From the NCBI GenBank assembly GCA_002633005.1, contig NMRA01000145.1:337898-401897 (forward strand): DNA of 64,000 bases, written 5' to 3'. Under the pieces are notes generated by a model. The model did not search any database. It was not told the DNA's origin and saw only the letters and a list, made by a program, of their open reading frames with translations. The translations under genes and the position numbers were made by a program. Below are positions 13,101 to 28,100 of this stretch, piece by piece (the first letter of the stretch is position 1; each line of letters opens with the position of its first letter). This DNA comes from Phoronis australis. Lineage: Eukaryota; Animalia; Phoronida.

Positions 13101-16100
13101 AAGCAAAAGGTACAAGTTGAGTACCATGTCGTACTTACTCCCAACATAGAGAGCCACCTGTTACACAGGAATGAATACCAGGATCTAGGCATGCGGGTGA
13201 TCTCCACATTGACAGGTTTCTTATTATCTGAAAACAATAGCAAAAAGTCAAATATCTGACATGCATGGGTCAGATAACAACAACAAACACCAAATTCTTC
13301 AAATATAAAATGAAGTGAGTGAATGCATCCATGTCTATCGCATAAAATGAGCACAGAAATTCTACAAGACCAGGTCCTTTGCTTTGAAAGTTATGCATGG
13401 CTTGAAAACTAATTTTTTGGACAAGGTACGACTTAATACATAAATTCATGACGTGAAAAGCATTACAAGATTTTTTTACACAGGATGACCGTTTACCAGG
13501 AGAGCATAGAGCATGGAGCTTTTGTCAAATGAATAACACTCAGACATCTCAAAGATGTCAGGGGATGGTGCCAGACGGCTCCAGGTCACTGATGTATGCT
13601 CTACATTCCTGTGGGACCAGCTGCATATTGCCATCCTCCAGGTGGTGGCCAAGTATTATTACCTCTTGCCACCAGTTCAATTAAATATATTTGTAACCTG
13701 TAGTACACAGTCTCACTCATACTTGTTTACAGTAACCTTTAACCTGCCAAGTATTTTGAGGGTGACTTCTCAAAAACAGTCCGAGTAAATCTTCATGATG
13801 ATCACAACCTATTTTCTCAGTGTGTTAAAATAGTACACAGACGTTCACTTTCGTATTCTGTGTTGAAAAAAAGCTCAGCTGCATCACCAGTCAGCCAAAC
13901 TACGGACACTTGCCTCTCCCTCTCTCCTTCCCTTCACACTGACTGTATTGCTTTTTGTGAGCACAAACAAAAAATCTGAAAAACTAGCATTAAACCAACA
14001 GCCTCCACTGTATCTGTCACATACCTGTACCCTCTAGCAGTGTTTCTGTGTCGGCATCACCTTCATTTTCCCCCTTTAAGTGCACTTGCTTTTCTTCAAC
14101 AGGAGACGAAGGTAGACTTGCCTTCCTCGTTGGTGAGTGTGGTCCCTTCCTCTCCGGGAACAAACTGTCTAGGTCAGATTTCTCGTCATGTAAAGGAAGT
14201 CGAGATTCCTTGGTCGTGTCAGCTGTCGACCCATACAGCTGATGGACACCATTTTGTAATTTGTTGCTGTCACTGGGTTTGATGCCGAGTTTTTCGTACC
14301 TGACCTCGCGAGCTTTCTGCTTGTCGAAGCTCATGGCCAGAGCAAAGTAAGCATAATCTACAGCCGCATAAGTTAACATGAATGGCATGGTCACCACTGG
14401 ACCCAGGGTGTTGACTTGACCAATGAAGATGAAGAGTAGAGCGACTAGGGTCACCACAATGAGAGCGTACACGGGCACCTTGTTGGGACCTCTCTGTAAA
14501 ACAGAATGGTGGAGGTAAGTAACGAAATAACACAAGACTTTAGCTAAAAACCCAATCCATTTATTCAAAAAACTCTGCCGGATGGTATGTGGGACCATTA
14601 TGCCAGATAAAAAGAACTGCATTTTTCATGGCACATACAAGTTGTGCAAAGCGTTGCACGTGTGGTACCGGCCACGACAATGCGCGAGACGTGAAAACTC
14701 ACGGCTTGGTATTCCACTAAATGTCAAAACCCCATAATGTGGAAATGGGTTCTGTCATTACTAAGCTTTCAGCTTACAGGCATCTTTGCTGCCAAGTTTA
14801 CATTTGACCATAGTACCTAATTAATTTAACAGTAGCAGATCCTATATTCCCTACCCTCTTGAAGTTGATCCCCATTTCTACGAATGCAGTAAGATTAATC
14901 GGCACACACCCTTAGGAAGACCAATGCAGTTATAATTAGGTCAGGCCAAAATCACAAACTTCAAACTGGAATAATTAAAATCAAGTAAGCAGCAACAAAT
15001 CTTTCCCTTGAAGCAATCAATGAACTCTGTTGGTGGTACATGATTTTATCATCTAGCAATTAGCAGGGCTAAATTGTATTACAAAAGGGGGCGAAACCAC
15101 AAAACGTAAACCAAAAACAATGATCAGTGCTACATGGAAGAAACACAGTATATTTTTGTTTGATCTAAATCGCAGAATGTTCCCAAAATTGACAATGGAT
15201 CAGGATTGAAGCCAAATAGTATAATATAAACAGCTTTTTATTCTCTGAGACACGATTGATGTCCGACCAAATGACAAGGGGGAGTAAATAACACTTTTGT
15301 AGCCAATCGTTGGACTAAAAGAAAAGTTGATGCAGTGCACTGCAGTTACATAACAGCAATCGTCTTCAGGTACACTTTGACAATACTCAAAACGGTAAAA
15401 TTAGACAAACTTCAAATAAAAGAACACTGTATAATGCAATTCAACTGCTTCCTACTGCAACTTTAAGTAAGAACGAGTCAAGAAGACTCTTGGCAACATC
15501 CGATAGAAACATTGTACAAAATCACGTCTATTTCTCATCGGACAAAACATGAGCGGTTAGATGACAATGCTTGATTTAGCATGACTCATTAACTCTCACC
15601 ACTTGTGCCAACACGTTCAAGTGCGGTAAAACAGCACTCTCAGACATAGCCTGCAGAATCCTGGGACTTCCCATGTCACTGCCCAGAGCAGCAGATAGTG
15701 ATGACACATACAGAGCAAGCAACCACAGATAGCTCACAAGTGACACCTACAGGCAAGACTGACAACTTTGTTCTGATGCAAAATCTCCCAAGTGGAAGTA
15801 TGACCTACCCGGGCTGTAGTGTAATGTACTCGAGTTTGTATGAATTTCAAAGTATCTTGCCAGTCAGTTTTACTTAACACTGATATTCCCAATTTCATGA
15901 TTTGAGCTCACTGATTATAGGCTCAGGCTCAAAGCATGAACACAGCGCTATGCGTGATTGTCTCTATCAACATGGTTGTACGTTTACCTACAGCCCTGGC
16001 TTGTAATCATACCATACAACGAGAACAACGAGGACAATATTACACAACTAATAATAATGGTGACTTACACCTCTGCCCAGGGGGTTCATGATGGGAATAA

Positions 16101-19100
16101 CTTTCTCGTTGGCTATACTCTGAATAATTCTGGGCGAACCATAGAGGGCACCCATGCAGGAGGAGACAGATGAGACGTAAAGCCCGGCCAACCACAGAAC
16201 TCCATCGACTGTCACCTAGGAGATGGAGAAGATTGACAGGAGGTGGGATTTAGGTGAGCGTGTCATAAATTTCAGGATTCAAGTTGTGCACAAAATATGA
16301 AATCTTTACGTGAAATGGACATAAAGTTAAGTTTTAAATTAAACTGGAAATTTTCGTTAATCATATTTTGGGAGCAACACTGTAACGCTATTCAAAACAA
16401 AAACTTTTCTCAGCTACTGTTTACAGAATCATAGTTTTTTTCTTCTTTAATTGCATATTTTGTATAATCAACCCACAAGCCTGGATTACACTGGAGAGGA
16501 TGAGAAATACCTGAAACAGGAACTGATGAAACACACGTGGGTTGACTAAATGAAATCAAAATAGGCAATGACAACAAAACATCAAAAAGATACTTCAAAG
16601 GACTTGAGCAACTGAGGTTTCAACTAAAAACAAACTAAAATCTTTTGGTTTTTTAAAAGCGCAATCATTTGAACAAAAACTTCACAGGAAAACCAAGAAC
16701 AAATAATTTGAATGAAAGTGTTGTTAACATAATATATCAAATGGGAAATTTCAATTTTAAAATGGAAAACGTTAATCTTTCAAAACAGATCTCAAAAGAG
16801 CTAAAATTGTAAAGATGGTATCATGACTATCAAGACAACAGACTATGTATTTGACATTTCTAGCAAACATTGTTATCATGGCAACATTTAGGCAAAGTTA
16901 TAAAACTGCTGAATCTTTTCAAGTTATAAGTGAATGCAGAAATTAATTAGCTAATTGTGATTTGCAGATTAATTAACCCTACCTTTGAGGCAAGTAGATA
17001 ATCTGTCTGTAGAGCCTCTTTAGTACACGTTGCCGCTAGCACCAAGGCAATGGTTAAGTACAGAAATGTGCTGAAAGATCGACCACCACAACAATGCTAT
17101 GCAACGGATTACTGCATGTTAGATAATTAATTACAGAAAATGCCAAAAGTGATCACAAAAAATACAGTTTCTTTGTCATGATGGTCATTCTAGCTTCTGT
17201 AATTGTGAATTCCGCTCGTGTTCAGCCATCATGACAGGGAATTCTCGATCATTTTGTGCGATTATTCTTGGCATGTGCTGCATGTCGAACCAGAAACCTG
17301 ACAAGACCAAACTGTTATCTGTACTGCGGTCACTATTAATGAGATGAAATATTAAAATAAAGCTTGCAAAAGAAAGCTTCTAGTAAAGTGTAAGTGTTAT
17401 GCAAACTACATTACGAGTTTCGAAGCGCACAACCTTAAGAAAGTAAACAAGTGGTGGGTATTGGAAAAACGATACATTCAGAAGTGTTGCATTAATAATC
17501 TTCTAAATGTCGATTCCACATTAAGTAAAAAAACACCCACATTCCAGGAAATTTTGTATTGTATTTATCAGATGGTTCCAGTTTGCTAATACTTATAGAG
17601 GGAGAGCATTTAGCTTTTTTGTCAGCCTCATTTACATAACACACCAGCCAATAGGAAGGTTGTATTGGCCAATGTGAGTATGATAGATTATGAAGACACA
17701 ACTCACGATACTGTAAGCACTGAGAGGGTTAATTAGAATATTCTTGATTAAGAATATAATGCTGATTGCAAATCCAAAACTAAACAAAATAATAAAAGAA
17801 ACATTAACAACAAAAAGACTGTTTTTATTGGAACATCTTTATATTCACCTCTTTAAAGTACCTACCGTTATAAATAGAAAAATCATCGTTTCATAGTCAA
17901 ACGCAATAATGTAAAGTTATTATATTTAGCAAAAAATTGCCATGGATAAATCAATGTTATGCATTCCGTATCAAAAGTGACCACAGGCTCTTGTTATTTC
18001 AAAGCTAAGCATAACCACACCAAATCATGGAAGGAGTTGATAGACTTATCTGATTGCTGAAATGATTTCAAAAACACCAGTCGCTCACGTGACACTTGAC
18101 TTATACAGAGGGAATCATACTAAGAGTTTACTTAAACTTAACAAAAATTCAACAATCCCACAGGGCCATTCAATCACTTTCTGTGGAGGCCATTTTGTTA
18201 GTGTATGTATGCTGACTTGTTACGTGATGAACTTGCTCATTTGTGAAAATTGAGATTTTACATCCAGAGAATGGATTCATATTTGATGGTAAGTCACAAT
18301 TTGTCACATATCTCAAAATTTTTGAAATGTCAGAGGAAATTCTGACTACTTTTTTGCATGTTCACGCTTTGTTTTTGTCACATAAGCGGAGCGGAGCACA
18401 ATATCTATCAGGGACAACGATGAATTCCGTAATTTTACATTTTGAGAAAAATAACTATCAAAACACTAGAAGCCTACTTAGCTCAGCAAATTTGTCACGT
18501 TTTGTCACAGGATTCTCAAAATGTCACAAAATTTCAGGCAGACAAGTTTTGTCATAGAATGTCACCACGTCACAGGGAATCCATTCTCTTATGATCTCAT
18601 GTGATATGTTACAAAAGTCACAAGATTAGCATAATCCCATACACCCCTGGAGATGTTAAACACAGAGAAAGGTAATGAATATACGACACAAACATGAGCG
18701 CCTCCTACCTAACTCCTACCGCACTAAGCGTTCCCTGGGGAATATCTTTTGTTGGATTATGGAGATCACCACTCATGTTGATTCCAGCAAAAACACCTGA
18801 AAAAGTGTAAACTATAAGTTAAACAAGTATCCTGCTTGCTATTAAATAACACAATAAACTTTTTATTAAAAACACATGCCTATCCAGGTAAGGTATAGAA
18901 TATCAGTTGAAATGTAATAGGCATACTTAGCTATATCTAATTTGACAAATGCATCAGTTTTCATTATCTAGTTACAATTTCATAAAAGTGCTCTTTGACT
19001 CTTGAAAATTTCCAATATGGTAAAATCTGGCCAACTTCAAATAAAAATAATATCCCAAATTGTTCCTTTTTCATTTTCAAAGGTTTCTAACACTGTTGCA

Positions 19101-22100
19101 AATTACAGTGTTTTTCAAAGTATCACCTGATTGTAGGTATGGTGCGGAAGTTGAACATAGAAACGCTAGTCAAGTTTCATTACGAAAATGACAGTTAACC
19201 AGTCTCACACTTGACTTCACCATAACATTGTTTTATTCAAAGGAGAAAGGCCTTGTCGCTGACCTACCTGTGGCTGTTGGGAAGAACACACCGAACACAG
19301 TGAAGAATGTCTGGCCCTCCTGGTAGCTTGGCGCTGTGTTATTGGCAAGGATGACAGTTGAGTAACCCACCACACCGTCAGCTGGAAATATAACAACAAT
19401 ACATAAAAGAATAGATACCATGCCCCTATCTCCCATTTAACTACCAATTTCTGGCCTGAGATGGTCACTTTCATAATTATTAAACTAGCACGCTCAGACA
19501 AGGCTTGATAGCTTCAGGGACGCCTTGTGCCAATGAATTTGAAATGTTCTGGTTGATATAGCCAGCTTACAAAAGACTGATGTGTAAGTCGTATACCATT
19601 GTTCTCAAGGGGGGGGGGTAGTACTGGTTTTGTCATGAACAGCAAAAAAAATCAGTAACTAATAAAAACATCAGGAAGACGAAAAGTGACAGTAACGAAA
19701 ATGACAAGACAAAATATTGCCAGTGATTTTATTTCAATAAAAAATGAAGCACCAATGCTTGATAACAACTGCACACACTTTTGCTGAACAAACGTTTTAT
19801 CCCACACCAAAAATCACATGCCATTTGTGAGGTAATTAATGTTTTTTACCAATCAACAGCAACAACTGATCATCGCCACAGCATGCAGTGCTCTCCAGAC
19901 CCGATTGATTCTTTAGAACTCTGCTTACCTGGATCAATGTGGACAAAGGATCCTACAAAGAAGTCCAGCACACCAATGAAAAGGATGAGTAGTAATATCA
20001 GCTGCAACCGAATCACCCACTTCACACCGGCAACATTGATTCCTGACAATCAAAGAAACCCGTGTCATACTATAGGCATACATTCATCAGAGGTCAATAT
20101 TCGTTATCAAAAAGTGTCAAACAGAAAATACATCAGGTTCACACAAAACATGGGAAATTTCTTTAAAAACAACTCATACGATTAACTTGGTGCAGCCTAA
20201 CATTGATACAGACTTTCAAAATAAATCATAATGTACGAGAGTACTTACTAGTAGTTCACATCTTAACCCCATCAGTCAGTAGAATGCAAAATGTCCAAAA
20301 TAATTGCGAATACAAAGATTAGGGCCCAGGATCCAATCTCCAAACTCAGACATGGACATCAATCCTGATTTAAGTACAAATTTGTAAAATTAATTTACTC
20401 AAAGAAAGTCATGTAATTGGGTCAATTTTCAAGTTGAGTTTAGAGTACAGAGATTAGACTCCAAGCCCATACCTGTACCCAGGTGACGTCTGAGGGATAA
20501 AAGCTGAAAGTCTTTAATTACTCCAAAACAGATGTTTCGAAGCCTGGGGCCACAGTTTCGTTTTACTCACATAGCAAGTCATGATAAAGGCATGCTTACC
20601 AAGTATTACACTTCCCCTTCTATCGTGTAACATAGGGTAAACCACTGTCTTAATGCTGACCTTACTTCTGAATTTGGTAAAGTCGTTTACCATATTCAAA
20701 AAACCTAATTAATCTTCGGCAAAATAATGTAATGCACTTAATAAGTTAGTATTTCAGCACATTATTAAATATTCCTATTGGTCACAAGGCTCAACTTCCA
20801 GCTGAATTATCAAAGCCTTTGGAAATTGGCCGTTTGACTTCCTCTTTTAGCAAAGCACCCATCTTTGACACCTGCTTTTTGCATTATTTTGTAAAACACC
20901 CAGTCCTTTTATTTTATACCACGGTAAAGGATACAGCGTAGCACGGAGTCAATGCAATCAAAGTACATGGAGTGCCAACTCTGTATAATCTCAATGTACA
21001 CGAGTTCTGTGATCTTGCACACAAGCCACGACATCCATAGTAACTAGCAGTGCCTGCGAGTTAACCCGGTGTGTGGGTGTGCCGACTATGGTTTGTGTCC
21101 CAAGAGTTCAAATTTTGCAATTGCACTTCCTGTACTATTGCCAAAATTATTCACAACACCAAGAATTTTATTCATAAAGGCAGGCGTTGCCAAAACGTTT
21201 TTTCGTATTGTCCAAATACAGAAAACGGAAGATGAGACTAACGCACAAAGTGACTTCTCCCTGAGAATATCATGAGAAAATACTAGAACTTTGAATCTGT
21301 TACTTATGGTCTATGATCATGCGACACCGATACCTTATTGACCACGTGACACTAGCGAAATGACCTGTCCTATTGGTATAAAATCCTTGCGCTACACTGT
21401 TGTGTTCACTGGCTTCTACAACACTGATGCCCAGTTACAGGTAAAAAACTTTATTCTCAATCTATTCCATCACTAAAAAGAGACTACTTTCTTCATCAGC
21501 AACACTAAGCACCTTAAGTGTTTTGTTACCTAGCAACAGAAACAGTACGCCTGTGGCTATTCCTCGGGCTATCCAGGGGTTCGGATCATCGTTGTTGATC
21601 AGACTGGCTATAGACTCACCAAAACCGACTGTGTAGAGTGAACACGCCACTGCCTGCGAAAGAAATTATAATCGGTATAATCCCACGTGTCGTCCAAGAA
21701 ACAAATTATTGAAAAGACCACTTTAACTTCTACAAAACTAGTCTTGACTTGTTTCTTATTAGACTACAAGTGATTTCTGAGTTTGTAAATAACTGAAAGT
21801 TTCCTTCTTGAGATTATGCTCAGCACATAAACAGACATGCCACTACAAGCCGAGTAAAAAGTCTGGTCTCATACATAAACAGATATGTCACTACAAGCCG
21901 AGTAAAAAGTCTGGTCTCATACATAAACAGACATGCCACTCGACAAGAACAGGAACCCCTTGTTTTGGTGTTTGGCACAGTGGTTTAGCATTTCTCATTA
22001 TGTGTGACTACACGACTGACCCAACCCACAATTGACTAGTTCAACTGAAAAATCAAACACCGCTAATTCGAGTTATTCCAGCATGCGATTTCGGCTTGAT

Positions 22101-25100
22101 CTGATTTGCACTGCCTAGGTATTCAACTAAGCAAACGATGCAAATCACAGTCTTGCTTCAATCATGAATGGAATTTTTGCATGGAAGAAAATCTCATTGA
22201 TCGGAAATTAATCACTTTGCAGAGTTTTTTATGAATGACAGTATACTCATTTCACACTTAATATCCTTTACAGTTCAATGTCAATTTTCATTTGTGCTTG
22301 ACATTGAGTAAAAGGTTCATCTGGTTCATCAATTGCGGCTGCAAAAATAACAAGTTTCCCGCAACCAACAGCTGGGAATAGAACAATTGGATATAAAGTA
22401 CTGAATAAAACATTTTGGTGTATATTTTTCACCTTGGCGTGCAATAATTTTGTATTAGGCAAACACATCAATCTTTTCACTCACAACTCATTTTAAGCAT
22501 TCGGCAGCTTCTAGGTACACACAGAAGTCATTACCTGCCCGAGACAGTAGAGGATGCCCACACTGGCACCAACCCTTGAACCTAACACGTGGGAGAGCAG
22601 GAAGTAGACACCGCCAGCACCAATTTTACACCTCTCACACACACCGATACTGCTTAGAGCCGCCGTCATGGCGACTACAATTGTGAGTAGGATGATGACC
22701 ACGGAGAGTCCTATACCGGCGTTACCCTGACGCAAAAAGTTCACAGCATTAGCCACCGAAAAGGAAAACATGGATGGTAGATTTTAAAGCAATAATCACT
22801 TGCAGGGATGTCGCATTTCGAGAACCAGTTTGATGCCTGTTATTCACTGGAGAAAACTGGTTCTCAAAATGTGGGACCAGTGTCAGTGACTATTAACGCA
22901 TTTAATGAAGACTAATAATTCATCGTATTCAAAAAGAAGCTGCTGTCATCAGTATAGAAATGTCCCTTTAAAAGTGATTTGAGTGGTGAGGAAACATACT
23001 TAGTGCTGGCAAAAACAACCACTGTTACAGAGTGCTCAATCTGTCTGCCTAAAACACTAATGTTTTCCCTAACTCTTTTAGCCACAGAAACTGCAATGAT
23101 TTTTGCAACCCATGTGAACCTATGTGGTAAATAGGCATTGTAAGAAAATGCAAAAACTGGTACACCAATGACATCTGATGGCAAAATGAATTTAGTAACT
23201 GTTGAACTGTGAGTTACCATACAATCACAAGGACCATCGCTAATTTAAGTCCTTGCTGCGGTGACTAACTATGGAACCTACCACCATCCATCCTGTGCGA
23301 AGAAAAATGACGACGCCAAATATATTGATCATGCAGGATGTAAACACACCGTCCCATGCTCCGAACAGGATTGGCTCGGAGACAAAGAAGTTGGCCTTCC
23401 ACCATGGCTTCTGGTGGTAGTTCTGAAACAGTAAATACATTAAAGTTGGCAATGATAGTTTTGAACACATATAAAGCACATGTTACACGCAGTCTCAAGA
23501 GTATATTAATCAATGTGAACCAACAATAGATTTATAAACATATACACTGTAACAAAGAAAGTCTCAAGAAATCACAAAAATGTGCTATACACAGTGATCA
23601 AGAATACCTGGCCTCAGTTGAAATGCGACTTCAGTGCAAGTCGTGAATACTATCAATTAATTGTAGACAGAGCGAAAATAATAAAGTCTGTTTTTCTTTT
23701 TTTAAAATAATAATGAGCTTAGGTTGTACACCAAACCATTATGACTAATTGCAAATGAATGACCAATACCAAACTTGAACAGTAAAACATTTATTTACAT
23801 CATTCAATAAACAACTCGGTAGTAGTCACACTCGGTCCTGCACGCCAATTGGTTCTCAAAACCTGAGACCGCTATGGATTCCATTGCACAGACAGAAAAT
23901 TGCTACAACCTTTAATCCATTCAAAGGAGGTATGTAAGAAAAAAAACAAGACATGGTGTTGAATATCAGGAATTCATGTACGCCTCAGGAAAAAGCTTTT
24001 AATCATGACACTTCTGGATGACCATGACACTTCTGGATGACCATGCTCTCCCAAAAAATACTAAATTCGGAAATGCTTAGCTTGCAGCAATTCAAACAGT
24101 TTTAATGACTTTTTTTCTAGTTGCTAGGTGTCAATGCGTTCACATAGTACGTAGTCTTAAGTCTTGTATAATACACAGATCAGCAGAGATGACATTAATC
24201 CCTTGCCATGGTTTAACTACGGCGAAGGATTAAAAAATATCCGAGACAATCAATAAAAACTTTATGGTTTCATTATGTTGTGACCAACATGGCATATTTA
24301 ATTTCTATTTAATATTCAACCGTTCCAGATGCATTTGACAATGCAACAGAAGGTGTTATTGTCTTCTCATTGGACCATGTAACCATGGCAACAGATATGG
24401 TCTACTATTGATTGTGATATTTGAGAAGGGGATATTAAAGAATTTTACTTCAGTCTATTGCCCAGCAGTTGACCTGGCAAAACATGACCATTGAACTGTA
24501 CACTGGAGAAATGACGATATCAATTTTATCGTTTTAACCTAAAATTTGATTTATTTATTGGACTGACAGTTGTCTTCAGGAGCTACTAAGTCAACATTTG
24601 AACACATTGAGGCAAGATGTGAAACAGGGTCAAGGATCGCCGTTGGAACAAACGGGACAGTTTCACATTAACTTACGTAAGAAAGCATCTTTAGGACCCT
24701 AAAAAATGTCCAAATTTGGCTAACCTAGCTCAGAAATGGCATATCAGATTCATGCGAAAGTGTTATGAACTGTTCATGAAATGTTCCACTTTTGGACATG
24801 GAGCTACCAAAAATATGATTTTTATGATTTTTACAAAAAATAAAAAATTACCATGCATAAAACGAAATGAAATTTAAAAAAACTGTAACTCTTTGAGCAC
24901 ATCTTGAGCATCTAATATTAAACAAAGTTTGTTTATGTTAATGATACCGGTGTTTTGTTATAAAAATTAATGTACCTTAATTAAATTTTGTTTTTCTTAT
25001 ACAAAGACAATCATGTAACTCCCCCAATCTTTGTTAGATTGATATAGTTTAAGATCAACCTTTAGGGGCCTTCTATTTTCAGAACACAGAACAGAGTAGA

Positions 25101-28100
25101 AAGGAAACCTTCCATTTTTACCTCGAGCAAAATAAAGACGAATGTGATCACCTGATTGATTTTTGCCGTCACTTAATTAAAAGTGAGAGAAACAAATCAA
25201 TACTGAAATTACTCCAGATCGGATGTTAGTTTGTATTCAATGGCTGTTCAATCATGCTTTGGATTGTACTCAGCAGATACCCATCATTTACATACCAACA
25301 CAGGTTAGAAAGTTAAATCGATATTGTTGTGTGTCTCATTCGCATAGTACCCTAGCTGGCGGTAGTAATTCTTTAAAGAACTGTCGAGGCTCTTCAGGAT
25401 AATCATAATACATATCCATGAACTTGCCTCATGAAATTGTATCAAATAATTTTTCAAAAATTTTTTTGGTAAAGTGTTTTTCGTGTAAGCACATGCACGT
25501 TTAATTTACTTAATGTTTTTAACTGGCAGGGTATTTTCAGTCTTTTGTACAATTTCTGTACTTCACATTCAAACCGTTAACGAAGAATTGAGTGCAGGTC
25601 ACCACCTACCATTTTGTTAGGGATTTGTCAAGTTTAACTTATGAGCCATTTTGAAACAATTGGCATGGGTTTGATAATACAGTTGACATCAAACCACGCA
25701 TGGACAGTGTAATGAGCAGTTGTAGTAATATGGCACCTTTGAAAAATGACATTTCTGATACTTGACAGTAGTACGAAATTGAAGGACACAAAATGGAGCA
25801 AAGCGCCCCCTGCTGTAAATTTAGTATCATTGACTGGTAGTAAAATGATCATTCCCACTGCAGTTATGCGGCTCGCAGTCAGTGAAGAATGTTATGCCGG
25901 AGGGCAAAGGTTCAGTGGGAAAGCAATTAGTTCAGATTTATTAAGCATGAGACATTTGGCTTTATTGAGATCTGCATAACATAAAACTAGTTAGGATCTC
26001 AACTGCCTCATACAATACCATGTAAAATTTAATACCATGTAATGTTAGGTAAAAAATATACTGAGTCTCTGATTATTCTAAATTACATGGGAACAGTTTA
26101 GAAAAATGTTGGAGTTTTTTTTTCAGTAGGTCAAACTATTTTCACGGCATGAATAAAAACAGTAGTATAGAGTATCTTTGAAACATCGCTACCTCGCAAC
26201 GCAACTTCTCAGGAGTATATTACAGAGACCAATAAAGAAGTTATTACGGACACAATACCAAGTTAGCATTTACCTAAGGGTAATTCACAGCCCACTCTGC
26301 ACTTGGGATTTTCTCTGGCAGACAAAAGGCTGTTTATCAAATCAGACCGAGTAATACATGTGCTGAATCTCACAACCCTGATAAGATTTTGTGTTGGTTA
26401 CTCCCAGTTAAGCATCTACCGTGTGAAATAAGTCTGAAATAAGTCGGGCAAAGTATCCTGACTGAGAATTTACGTCCCGAGGCTTAGAACACTGGTCCTA
26501 GGAGAGGGGTACTTGATAGGTCCGTAGTTCCACGCAACTGGCGTACACATCCTTTTAGAGAGTCAACATTTAAGATGAAACCCTCGCTCTGTTTATATAG
26601 AATCATGGTTAAAAGGGACACATTTGCGAGGGCTTCCATGAAAAGCTTACCATTTTCTAGAGGATTTTCCCAATGATGTTTCAAAACCCAGCAAATTGAT
26701 TCTTTATTGGATAAAAGTAAATATCCAACCCTTTGGACAGTATTCTTTTCAACATAAGAGACCCTTTTTAACTGTTGTAAAAATGGACTTATGCGGTTCT
26801 TGTATAAATACCATGTATTGAAGATCATGTCAATGTGAAACAGAGTTTTTAAAGTTCTAACATATGGTATGTTATAAATCTAGTTTAGATTGGGTGTACT
26901 CCATAGTCAACTTACATTTTATTAATAGAACACCCCTATCACCGACTCACTCAGCGCCAGCTTGCTTACTAGACAGGTGCGTTTTTGAGCTGTATAGGTG
27001 TTAGTTTTTCCGCCGGGGGGTACTAGACTACATACAACTGGAAAATTAAAATCCTGACTCAATTATAGAAAGGACCCAATAAAAGGGGGATTAAATGTAC
27101 AGACCTCCATGGAAACAGGCACCCTTTCATACTGTTTAGTTAAACCTGTTGGTAAAGGTTTATTTATGATGTTTGACACCTTTAAAGTGACTAGAAAGCC
27201 ACCCTCAACTAAAAAAAAATAATTTTTGACTTAGACCACTATTTGTAGTTAAATTAGAGTCAAATTGTTCCTTTGTCAAATAAGTGGCAATTTCCTGGCA
27301 TGGCAATAACTGACAGATCGCCATTACTTGAGACCTGGCTTCACAAAAGGTCATTTCAAATTTCGCTACCATAAGCTTAATGGACAAAAACTCAAAACCA
27401 TCACATTCCACAAAGACGTGGGTCCAGATTCACCCACCAAATGTGCATATGTAAGTACAGTGCATGCCAAAAGCACCCAGACAAAATGACCCACAATTCC
27501 CTGTCATTCATGGCTGTGCAGAAGCCAAATTCATCTTCAGAGTAGTCTCCCCTGATGACTAAGAATGAAGGGGAATTAACAGGAAAGTTTGTAAGGTGGG
27601 GAAGACATTCTGAATTTACAGATTTGCAACCATAATCATGAATATTACCAGTCCTTTTTCCTGTTAATAGAATTAGACATCACAATCTGGAAACAATTTT
27701 TTCCAATTACTTTTGTTTTGAACTGTACAGTAACGTAAATGAGTAATGTGTATGACTGGCCCTCATAAAGCTGTGGCCAGCAGAAAGTAGACTAGAGATA
27801 AGTATTCATTTAACAACCCTTCCCAATGTAGTCTAATAATGGTAATAATGATGTATGACTGTTTGATTCTGGAGGAAGGTTAACGGGCTGCACGAATCTT
27901 ACCAGCAATGAGCGCAGAATGTGCAGCAACTATAGTGTCAAACAACTCATTTTTCAAAACCCAAAAACCACTTCTCATCCGAGTTAAGAAGAACACAAGT
28001 CTGTGCAGCAGTGGTAAGCGATCTAAACCAAAAGTTAGTTTCTTTGACAGAACAATGCTTTATCAGATGATGTTAAAGGCTACCAAGGCATGAAATCTGC

